This document shows positions 1-7,603 of a stretch of 64,000 bases of DNA, piece after piece. A program made the position numbers and the translations under genes. Each line of letters starts with the position of its first letter. The first letter of the stretch is position 1. The DNA is from a virus: the IMG/VR virus record IMGVR_UViG_3300029704_000004, one strand, 5' to 3'. The notes under the pieces are model-generated. The model ran no database searches, was not told the origin of the DNA, and was given only the letters and a program-made list of their open reading frames with translations.

Positions 1-609
1 AGAAAATTAGGTAAAACGTATATAACTTTATTTGGTAATACTATAGAAATTGATAGTAATACAAGTATAGAAAATAAAGTAAGTATAAAAGCTAAAGCAG
101 TTACTAAAGTTAAAAAAGAACTTATAGTTCCTACAATATTCAATATAGATTATAGTAAGAATCCAGGTAAAGAACATGAACTTACTTCTGAAGATAGTGA
201 TGCTATATTTAAATTTATATCTGATTCTAAAATAAAAAGAGAAAGTTATTATTGTGCTAATGATAATCTTTATCTTTTAGTTGAAGATATGAGTATTACA
301 CAAGTAAGAATAATACTTTATATAGCTGCTAAATTAAAATATAATAGTAATGTATTTGTTGCTGACTATACTGAAATAAGTAAAGAACTGAATGTATCTA
401 CAAATACAATTCAAAGGTCTTTTATTGATATATGTGAATCATATAATCAAATAATAATTAAAACAAATAAACCTAAGACGTATCTTATAAATCATAATGT
501 TATATTTAAAGGGAAACTTGAAGATTTTATTAGAGATTATAATGTGATGTATGATGGTCAAAAAGCTAATTTTGATGATAAAGGTAGAGTTATTATAGAT
601 AGTATATAA
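1..609 (+). CDS. 5'-truncated CDS with a C-terminal helix-turn-helix-like DNA-binding segment
   Basis: Frame 1 has no stop from nt 1 to the ATG at 289 given in the ORF track, so the gene probably starts left of the window. The segment YTEISKELNVSTNTIQRSF looks like an HTH. Function is not established. Confidence 0.45.
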   Translation, partial: RKLGKTYITLFGNTIEIDSNTSIENKVSIKAKAVTKVKKELIVPTIFNIDYSKNPGKEHELTSEDSDAIFKFISDSKIKRESYYCANDNLYLLVEDMSITQVRIILYIAAKLKYNSNVFVADYTEISKELNVSTNTIQRSFIDICESYNQIIIKTNKPKTYLINHNVIFKGKLEDFIRDYNVMYDGQKANFDDKGRVIIDSI

Positions 610-619
610 TATAGCCAAT

Positions 620-645
620 CTAGCCGCCCCGTAAAAGGTATTGAA
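620..645 (-). repeat. GC-rich dispersed repeat, copy A (core on - strand)
   Basis: The + strand reads CTAGCCGCCCCGTAAAAGGTATTGAA, and its reverse complement contains TTTACGGGGCGG. The copy starts 11 nt after the stop at 607-609. Confidence 0.9.
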
Positions 646-724
646 CAGATAAAGCTTTAGTACCAATATAAGTTAATTTTATTAAATTAAACTTCAATAA
701 TAGTCTATCTTCGTTATTTATAGC

Positions 725-732
725 TATATTTG
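725..732 (+). promoter_or_regulatory. Bacteroidota-type -7 promoter box (TAnnTTTG)
   Basis: TATATTTG followed by CA lies about 125 nt upstream of ATG 858. It matches the published Bacteroides -7 consensus TAnnTTTG. The -33 element is not clear. Confidence 0.5.
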
Positions 733-857
733 CAGCAGATTTTCGAGCACCCTTTTGAACACCAGTTTCATTAGTTGTTCCTCAATCAGTTTATTTAAAT
801 ATTATATAACTTGAAAAAGATGTATATAATCTAGTTATTAATTAAAATATTAAAGTT

Positions 858-1382
858 ATGGTTAATTTAAAAGTTAATTATCGTGGTGGAGATTATCTCC
901 TTAGTTTGCCAACTACGCTTAGTGAAATCAATGTTGATTATCTTAATAAGATTACTCAGCATATTCATGTAGCTCCAGATTATGCTCTTATTGCTATTTT
1001 GTATAAGGTTCGTCCTATCGAAATTGTAAGTAGTGTAAGACAGAATAAAAACGCTAATGTTGGTGCAGTAGCAATGTTTATTAAAGGTAATAGTAATACT
1101 GGTTTTTATGACAATATTAAACTTGGTGATACTATTATTATTGCTCCTACTGATATTGCTCTTGGTCACACTGTAAGAGTAGTTAATAATAATCTTACTC
1201 CTAGTAAACTTCTTGAACTTGCAGAGACAAATCCTGATTTGAATAAGAAACTTATCGGAGTTATGACTCCTACTTATTTTGTAGATTTTAAAGTTGTAGC
1301 TACTGCTTTTATTCATGGTAGTATGACTAAAGATGAAAGTAAAGAAGCTATGTATTTAGTACCAGGAGGTACACTAGAGTAA
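858..1382 (+). CDS. hypothetical protein (174 aa) bracketed by inverted repeat copies A and B
   Basis: Clean ORF with phage-typical codon usage and its own promoter-like box. It contains a His-Ile-His tripeptide (nt 960-968), which alone does not support an HUH assignment. Confidence 0.65.
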   Translation: MVNLKVNYRGGDYLLSLPTTLSEINVDYLNKITQHIHVAPDYALIAILYKVRPIEIVSSVRQNKNANVGAVAMFIKGNSNTGFYDNIKLGDTIIIAPTDIALGHTVRVVNNNLTPSKLLELAETNPDLNKKLIGVMTPTYFVDFKVVATAFIHGSMTKDESKEAMYLVPGGTLE

Positions 1383-1400
1383 GTTATGAATAAGCTATAT

Positions 1401-1426
1401 ACTCCTTTTACGGGGGGGGCTAGAGC
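1401..1426 (+). repeat. GC-rich dispersed repeat, copy B (+ orientation, G8 run)
   Basis: ACTCCTTTTACGGGGGGGGCTAGAGC. The copy lies 19 nt after stop 1380-1382 and 67 nt before ATG 1493. Confidence 0.9.
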
Positions 1427-1435
1427 GATAGCGGA

Positions 1436-1451
1436 GGGGACGCAAGTCCCC
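1436..1451 (+). other. GC-rich stem-loop with GNRA tetraloop
   Basis: GGGGAC-GCAA-GTCCCC is flanked by the direct repeat GCGATA (1425-1430 and 1455-1460). No T-run follows, so it is not a canonical terminator. Confidence 0.5.
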
Positions 1452-1492
1452 GAAGCGATACCGATTACATTTATAAAATTAATAATAATACA

Positions 1493-1990
1493 ATGAATGA
1501 TGAATTAGAAGTTCGCAAGTTTCCTGCAATGGGTGGATATGATGTTACAATAGTTAATAAAAATGATATTCTTAAAACTATTGATGACAATATTATAGAT
1601 AAAGAAATAGCTTATGAAATAATAACGTCATTAGAGTTGTCTTGTCAAAAGTACGTTTCTGCTGGTGATACTGCTGGTATTCCTTATATAGGAAAAATTA
1701 AAGAACGACTTACAGCAGCTATTGCTAGAGAAAATAAAGAAGCTCTTAATGATGCTAGAGAAGTGTTAGATAAAGAACATTATATAGCTTTTAAACATGC
1801 TTTGTTTGCTGACGAAAGTAAACGTTATAAATATAACAAAGTATATAAACTTGAAATTGCTCGTGTTGTTAGTCATAATAGAAGACAATATTGGAACTAT
1901 GTTGATACAATAGGAGAAGTAAAAGCTGATATAATGTTTCATGGTATAGCTCATTTAAGATATTCACCACCATGCGAAGAACAGATTTAA
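1493..1990 (+). CDS. hypothetical protein (165 aa)
   Basis: ORF-track ORF in the dominant strand and codon style. No motif recognised. Confidence 0.65.
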   Translation: MNDELEVRKFPAMGGYDVTIVNKNDILKTIDDNIIDKEIAYEIITSLELSCQKYVSAGDTAGIPYIGKIKERLTAAIARENKEALNDAREVLDKEHYIAFKHALFADESKRYKYNKVYKLEIARVVSHNRRQYWNYVDTIGEVKADIMFHGIAHLRYSPPCEEQI

Positions 1991-2589
1991 TTATAGATAA
2001 CATGATTGTTATTGACGATAATGGAATGCCTAAAGCTCCAGATGTTCGTCAATTAATGGATAAAGATATTCGTACACTTTATCAACAAGATAAAAGTAAA
2101 GATAAATCACAGTACATAAAAGACTGTATAGTTATTTATTATATGGGAGACCCAAAGTCTCCTGCAAAACAAAGTGGTCTTAGCGATGGTGAAGCACTTA
2201 AAATGGCTATTGAGCAAGCTGGATTACCAGCTAACTATATCCCTAATCAACTTGTTAGAAAAATAATAAGTAGATATTATGCTGCTAATATTGGAGAAGC
2301 TGGTAGAGTAGTTGAGAATCTTCTTAAAACTCTTCATAATGTAAATATAGCTATTGATGCTATAAATATGTTACTTAATGAAAAGCTTAGAGATAAAGCT
2401 AATCTAACTGTTGAAAACGTTAGTGACATAATGGGTTTGATTAATCAAGTTAGCGCTAAGGCTTCTGACTTGCCTAAGATTCTTAAATCACTTGATGAAG
2501 CTAAAGAAAATCTTATGTATGAAAAGGAAACTGAGACTGCAAGAGGTGGAATGGCTGTATCGTCAAGTATGGATGCTAGTGCTTATTAA
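1972..2589 (+). CDS. hypothetical protein (205 aa)
   Basis: The ORF overlaps the upstream gene by 19 nt. No motif recognised. Confidence 0.65.
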   Translation: MRRTDLIIDNMIVIDDNGMPKAPDVRQLMDKDIRTLYQQDKSKDKSQYIKDCIVIYYMGDPKSPAKQSGLSDGEALKMAIEQAGLPANYIPNQLVRKIISRYYAANIGEAGRVVENLLKTLHNVNIAIDAINMLLNEKLRDKANLTVENVSDIMGLINQVSAKASDLPKILKSLDEAKENLMYEKETETARGGMAVSSSMDASAY

Positions 2590-2607
2590 AGTTTAAACTT
2601 AAAAGAT

Positions 2608-3597
2608 ATGAATAGTAATTATAACAATAATTTTCTATATTTCCAAGAAGAAGGTCATAAGTATACTGACACTTTAGGAAATGAATATCTTAGTGTTACA
2701 ACTAATATTGAAAACTACTGTCCAAAGTTTAATGCAGACTATTGGGCACGTAAGAAAGCTAAAGAACGTGGTATTAGTGAAAAGCGTATCAAAGAAGAAT
2801 GGGCTGCTATTACAAAAGAAGCTTGTGAACGTGGTACTGCTACACATAATGGTCTTGAAGATGGAATTAAAGGAAGTAGTATGTTTAAAGATGCTATTCA
2901 GTATCTTACAGAAGTTAAAACTGGTAGATGTATAACTGTTGCTGATATTCCAAATCTTCAAGCTCATCCTCTAGATATAGAACAATTTAAAGAAGCTACT
3001 AATAATAAATATCCTGAGATTTATAGTGTGTTTCAATATTATATTGATAGAGGATATACTATTTATTCAGAGATTGGAAGTTTTGTTCCAGAACTTCTTC
3101 TTAGTGGTACTATAGATGTTCTTTGTATAAGACCTGATAGATTTGTTATTCTTGATTGGAAAACTAATAAAGATGGTCTTCATTTTACTAGTGGATTTTA
3201 TCGTAAAGATAAGAAAGCTAAACCGGTTCAGTTAACTAGTGAATGGTGTAATACTCACGAAATGATGCTTCCTCCTTTTGGTCATTTAGAAAATTGTAAT
3301 GGCAATCATTATACAATACAACTTTCAACTTATGCTCGTATGGTAGAAATGATACTTAATATTCCATGTTATGGTTTAGGTCTTTGTCACATACAAACAC
3401 CTTTTATTAAAAATCAATATGGTATGCCATTACGTGACAAACGAGGAATGTATGAAATAGATAAGAATGGTAAAGAAGTTGTTACTTGGTATCATATTAA
3501 TTATATTCGTAATGAAATAGATGCTATGTTTCAAGATAGAAGAATTTATCTTAATAGTAAAGGACTTCTTAATAAACAAACTCAAATACAATGGTAG
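2608..3597 (+). CDS. PD-(D/E)XK (RecB/Cas4-like) nuclease
   Basis: GTIDVLCI...FVILDWKTNK supplies the D...(D/E)xK core. A downstream QLSTYARM supplies the QxxxY motif typical of this nuclease family. Confidence 0.55.
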   Translation: MNSNYNNNFLYFQEEGHKYTDTLGNEYLSVTTNIENYCPKFNADYWARKKAKERGISEKRIKEEWAAITKEACERGTATHNGLEDGIKGSSMFKDAIQYLTEVKTGRCITVADIPNLQAHPLDIEQFKEATNNKYPEIYSVFQYYIDRGYTIYSEIGSFVPELLLSGTIDVLCIRPDRFVILDWKTNKDGLHFTSGFYRKDKKAKPVQLTSEWCNTHEMMLPPFGHLENCNGNHYTIQLSTYARMVEMILNIPCYGLGLCHIQTPFIKNQYGMPLRDKRGMYEIDKNGKEVVTWYHINYIRNEIDAMFQDRRIYLNSKGLLNKQTQIQW

Positions 3598-3707
3598 AAT
3601 ATAAAACTAGACATATTACACCTAATGGTGTTGTTATGGATGATTATCATTTTGAAAATGGAGTAACTATTACTCTTATTCCTTGTAAAGAAATAAATGA
3701 ATTATGA
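3591..3707 (+). CDS. small ORF (38 aa)
   Basis: ATG 3591 overlaps the upstream stop region, and the ORF ends in an ATGA overlap with the next small ORF. It is below the ORF-track length cutoff and is supported only by tight coupling. Confidence 0.3.
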   Translation: MVEYKTRHITPNGVVMDDYHFENGVTITLIPCKEINEL

Positions 3708-3829
3708 CAAGACGAAGACGAATTAATATTAGAGTTCTTCATGTTGAAGAAATCGATAATATTAAATATGTTTGTAAAGGTATTCCAGAAACTGGAATAT
3801 TTTATGTATTTGGTGTATTAAAACAATAA
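3704..3829 (+). CDS. small basic ORF (41 aa, MTRRRRINIR...)
   Basis: ATGA start/stop overlap with the 3591-3707 ORF. It fills an otherwise empty gap before ATG 3833. Confidence 0.3.
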   Translation: MTRRRRINIRVLHVEEIDNIKYVCKGIPETGIFYVFGVLKQ

Positions 3830-3832
3830 GAT

Positions 3833-4441
3833 ATGAATAAAGAATTATTTAATAAAGCAAGTAAAGCTGATTTCAGCAAAATACTCATCAATAAAGGATA
3901 TGCCTATTTTACTAAAGGTAAGTATAATCTTAACATTATTGGTATTAGAAATTCTGGTAATAATGTTACTAATAAATTTGATGATGTTATTGTATTAGAA
4001 TATATTGATATGTATGGTATCAAATCTAGAAATATATTTGCTGCTACTACTGACCCTGGTATTACTAGTATGACTAAACCTGTAAGTTATAAAGGTTGTG
4101 CTATACTTGTTCCTGGTCAATATCGTTCTGCTTGGAAACTTGGTTATCATAAAGGTAAGTATGAAGCAATTGTTCAATATAAACCAGTAAAAGTTTATAG
4201 AGATAATAATAAAGATGCTGTTTATGATTTTAATCCAAAGACTATAGAAGAAGGTACATTTGGTATCAATATTCATAAAGCCGGAAAACATTCTACTCAA
4301 GTTGATAATTGGTCTGCTGGTTGTCAAGTTCTTGCTAATAAAGAAGATTTTGATACTCTTATGAAACTTGCTCATAGACAAATTAGTCAAGGATATGGTA
4401 AACTATTTACTTATACTTTAATTAATGAGGAGGATTTATAA
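3833..4441 (+). CDS. YkuD-like (L,D-transpeptidase fold) peptidoglycan enzyme; endolysin candidate
   Basis: GINIHKAGKHSTQVDNWSAGCQVLANKEDF resembles the YkuD catalytic pattern H-x(~13)-S-x-G-C-[IV]. This is a motif-level assignment only. Confidence 0.4.
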   Translation: MNKELFNKASKADFSKILINKGYAYFTKGKYNLNIIGIRNSGNNVTNKFDDVIVLEYIDMYGIKSRNIFAATTDPGITSMTKPVSYKGCAILVPGQYRSAWKLGYHKGKYEAIVQYKPVKVYRDNNKDAVYDFNPKTIEEGTFGINIHKAGKHSTQVDNWSAGCQVLANKEDFDTLMKLAHRQISQGYGKLFTYTLINEEDL

Positions 4442-4711
4442 TGGCTTGTATTCTTATTAATGATGAAGTTCAAAGTACTCTTACTATGAAAGATTTAGAA
4501 AAAAGCTATTCGTTATATTTTTTCTACAGAAGAGAAACAAATAATAATTTCTCCTGAAGGAGGAATAGGATATATATCTCGTAAAGAGTATGCTGAAAGA
4601 AATTTTTCAAAACTTATAGAACCTACTCAATGTCAAGAAGATATTGATAAAGAAATTATTAATAGTCTTCATAGTTATAAACCTTTTAGTAAATATTTAA
4701 GTAATGGATAG
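4441..4711 (+). pseudogene. small ORF split by a +1 frame change at an A6 run
   Basis: ATG 4441 opens 38 codons. A second open frame (KKAIRYIFSTEEKQ...SNG*), with no start codon of its own, runs 4499-4711. The two frames meet at A6 (4499-4504), so loss of one A would fuse them. Confidence 0.3.
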
Positions 4712-4970
4712 TTTTAGTAATGAAGATAGTAAAGGTTTTGTAGTAGTTCTTGTTCTTACATTTGTTATTTGTTGCTCTATGGTTATTGGAAAATATTATC
4801 ATACTAAAAATAACAATATTATTGAACAAAATATTGAACTACAAAAACATAATGATAGTCTAAGAATTAAAGTTGATAATTTAGATAGTATTAAAAATGC
4901 AAAAGTTATTGAAGTTAAAGCTCTTGATAATGATAGTACTATTAAGTTGTTCTATCAACTCATTAAGTAA
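4704..4970 (+). CDS. N-terminal TM plus coiled-coil protein (i-spanin- or holin-like)
   Basis: GFVVVLVLTFVICCSMVIG is a hydrophobic helix and the remainder is heptad-like. The next ORF overlaps it in another frame. Confidence 0.45.
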   Translation: MDSFSNEDSKGFVVVLVLTFVICCSMVIGKYYHTKNNNIIEQNIELQKHNDSLRIKVDNLDSIKNAKVIEVKALDNDSTIKLFYQLIK

Positions 4971-5253
4971 AGTTTACATACCTTTTACGGGGGGGATAGA
5001 ACATGATAGTATTAAAGTTGCTATTGATGACCTTCGTAAAGCTAATACAAAATTAATAGAATTAAGTTATGAAAAAGATATTAATAAGAATCTTCGACAA
5101 ATTATTGTCAATGATAGTGTTCTTGCAGAACAAGCTAGACAAAGATATATATTATTGGATAGGTCATGTAAGAAAATAAAGAAGCAACGTAATATTGCTT
5201 ATTGTGGTACTGGTGTTGCTATTGTGTTACTAATTTTAAGTCTATTGAAATGA
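4897..5253 (+). CDS. lipoprotein-signal protein with C-terminal TM helix (spanin-like architecture)
   Basis: MQKLLKLKLLIMIVLLSC has a lipobox-like LLSC, and the C-terminus GTGVAIVLLILSLL is hydrophobic. It overlaps 4704-4970 by 74 nt, ends in an ATGA overlap with the terminase start, and contains repeat copy C. Confidence 0.4.
   Translation: MQKLLKLKLLIMIVLLSCSINSLSKVYIPFTGGIEHDSIKVAIDDLRKANTKLIELSYEKDINKNLRQIIVNDSVLAEQARQRYILLDRSCKKIKKQRNIAYCGTGVAIVLLILSLLK
4975..5000 (+). repeat. GC-rich dispersed repeat, copy C (+, G7)
   Basis: TACATACCTTTTACGGGGGGGATAGA. It starts 5 nt after the stop of ORF 4704-4970 and is read in frame as PFTGG in ORF 4897-5253. Confidence 0.9.
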
Positions 5254-7601
5254 GTGATGATAAGACTGTAGAAAAGTATATTGAAAGCTACCCTTTTCTT
5301 CAATATCAGAAAGAAAACCAAGGTCAATATAGACGAGCTAAAGATGCTGGTTATAAAGACCCTAATGATTTCTTTATGATAGGAGAAAGTGGTGGCTTTC
5401 TTCTTGATATACGTATAGGAGATAAATTTGTAAATACTAATCTTCTTACTGAAATGGCTAATATATACCATATTAATGGTGGTAAATATACATTATATAA
5501 AGAAGATAGTATTCCTCATAGACAACTTCGTAAAAGAGAAGAATATCGAAGAAGTCATGGATTTGATGCTCCTTGTTTTATGCGTGAAGGTAAAGTTCAA
5601 AATCTTCATATTAGTGGAGATATGTATAATTATCTTAATTATACTGTTATTGAACAGTTGGATGAAAAGACTATTATACATACAGATAAAGGTTCTGTTG
5701 CTAAGAAGAAACAAGACTTTCCTAAGTTTATAGATGCACAGTTTTGGACGTTTGCTATTATAGAGTTTTGTGAACTTAATGGTTTTCATCTTCTTATAGA
5801 TAAAACTCGTCGTGGAGGTTTCTCTTATATTATGTCTGCTCATAGTGCTAATAAGATTAATCTTCAACCTAATAAAGTTTGTATTCATGTAGCTGCTGAT
5901 TCAAAGTATCTTACTAAACGTGGAGGTCTTACTGATTTTAGTATTAGAAATCTTTATTTTTATGAAAATAATACATTCTTTAAAAGAGGAATACTTTCTC
6001 GTGCTGCTGAGAACTTTACTTTAGGATTTAAACTTCCTAATGGAGATATTAGTCCTAAGTCTTGGAATAGTGCTTTGTTTAGTGCTTCTGCTAATAACAA
6101 TCCTGATTGTGCTATTGGTAAGGATGCTGTTAGTGTTAAGACTGAGGAGGTTTCTACAATGGAAAACTTTGATGATTATATGAATGTTACTGAACCTGCT
6201 ATGCGTACTGGTAGTTATGTTACTGGTAACTTATTTGCTTGGGGTACTGCAACTAGCGGTAATATGCAGGTTTTTGAAATGAACTTCTATAATCCTAATA
6301 AGTTCCATTTTATGCCTTTTGAAAATGTATGGGATAAAGATTCTCGTAATGAAGTTTGTGGTTATTTTAAACCATATTGTTGGGGTCTTCAAGGTCAGAT
6401 TGGAGACCTTTTTGCAATGGATAAAGATGGTAATTCTAATATAGAAACTGGTCTTCGTATTGCATATAAAGAACGTGTAGCTAAAAAAGAAAGTAGTAAA
6501 ACTTTTAGTGATTATATTAATTATCTAGGTCAGTATGCTAATATGCCTAGTGAATCATTTAGTTCTACTAGTGAAAACTTATTTAGTTCTGAAGCTTTAA
6601 TGAACTGGGAAGAAATTCTAAAGAACGACCCTGCTTATACAGATATTGCAGATGACGGAATGTTCTTTGAAGATATTAATCATAAAATCATATTTAAAAC
6701 TAATGCTCGTATTAAAGCTGAAGGTGGTAAATTTAATGTTGATTATTTTGATTGGATTCAAGGTGTTCCTCGTAAGCCTCGTGAGCATCATCATGGTTGT
6801 GTTCGTAAATGGTTTGAACCAATTAAAGTTTCTTATATAGATAAAGATGGAACTACTAAACTTGGTATTCCTCCTGGTCAATATAGTATTAGTTATGACC
6901 CAGTAGGTGTTAATAAAGAGAATGATGCCCTTACTAATAAACATTCTCATAACAGTATTAAAGTTTGGGAAAATCCTACTCAATATAATAACTTTAAGAC
7001 TAAACTAGTTTGTGCTTATTATGGACGTCCTGAGAAGCTTGAACAAGCTGATTGGATATGTTACCTTATGGCACGTTATTATAACTGTATTGGAACAACT
7101 GGAGTTGAGGTCAATCGAGGTGAAACTGTAAGTAACTTTAGTAAATGGAAAGCATTAAAGTATTTAATGAAAGACCCTGTTGAACTTTGGGATAGTTCTA
7201 TTAAAGCTAAAGTTACTGCTTCTTATGGTGTCAACGTAGGTGGTGGTACTGGTACTGGTAGTAGTAAAGTTCTTGAAGGTCTTCGACTTCTTAAAGAAAT
7301 GCTTTATAGTCCGGTTGGTAAAGATTTAAAAGGTAATGATATTATGTTGTTTCAAACAATATATGACCATCAGACTATACTTGAACTTCTTAAATGGAAC
7401 GTTAAAGGTAATTTCGATAGAGTATCTGAAATGATTATTCGTGCTTTACAATGGAAACTTCAAGATGTTCAAGCAGCTAAAGAACTTGTTCATAGAAAGA
7501 AGACTACTGAACAAAATATTAGAGATGATATTTGGCATAGAAGTTGGTTTACCATAATACCACCAGTAATAACATTAATTATTAATTTTATAACAATATA
7601 G
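5250..7601 (+). CDS. terL: terminase large subunit
   Basis: I prefer ATG 5250 (ATGA overlap with the upstream stop) over the TTG at 5202. DKTRRGGFS resembles the terminase Walker-A-like K-x-R-x-G-x-S loop. Acidic SYDPVG and GVEVNRGE segments sit in the C-terminal nuclease half, and a portal-sized gene follows directly. Confidence 0.8.
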   Translation: MSDDKTVEKYIESYPFLQYQKENQGQYRRAKDAGYKDPNDFFMIGESGGFLLDIRIGDKFVNTNLLTEMANIYHINGGKYTLYKEDSIPHRQLRKREEYRRSHGFDAPCFMREGKVQNLHISGDMYNYLNYTVIEQLDEKTIIHTDKGSVAKKKQDFPKFIDAQFWTFAIIEFCELNGFHLLIDKTRRGGFSYIMSAHSANKINLQPNKVCIHVAADSKYLTKRGGLTDFSIRNLYFYENNTFFKRGILSRAAENFTLGFKLPNGDISPKSWNSALFSASANNNPDCAIGKDAVSVKTEEVSTMENFDDYMNVTEPAMRTGSYVTGNLFAWGTATSGNMQVFEMNFYNPNKFHFMPFENVWDKDSRNEVCGYFKPYCWGLQGQIGDLFAMDKDGNSNIETGLRIAYKERVAKKESSKTFSDYINYLGQYANMPSESFSSTSENLFSSEALMNWEEILKNDPAYTDIADDGMFFEDINHKIIFKTNARIKAEGGKFNVDYFDWIQGVPRKPREHHHGCVRKWFEPIKVSYIDKDGTTKLGIPPGQYSISYDPVGVNKENDALTNKHSHNSIKVWENPTQYNNFKTKLVCAYYGRPEKLEQADWICYLMARYYNCIGTTGVEVNRGETVSNFSKWKALKYLMKDPVELWDSSIKAKVTASYGVNVGGGTGTGSSKVLEGLRLLKEMLYSPVGKDLKGNDIMLFQTIYDHQTILELLKWNVKGNFDRVSEMIIRALQWKLQDVQAAKELVHRKKTTEQNIRDDIWHRSWFTIIPPVITLIINFITI

Positions 7602-7603
7602 AT

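Noticed and set aside
5202-5249. TTG start given by the ORF track for the terminase, adding 16 residues (MWYWCCYCVTNFKSIE).
   Set aside because: ATG 5250 forms an ATGA overlap with the upstream stop and gives a normal N-terminus. The extension lies entirely within the upstream ORF.
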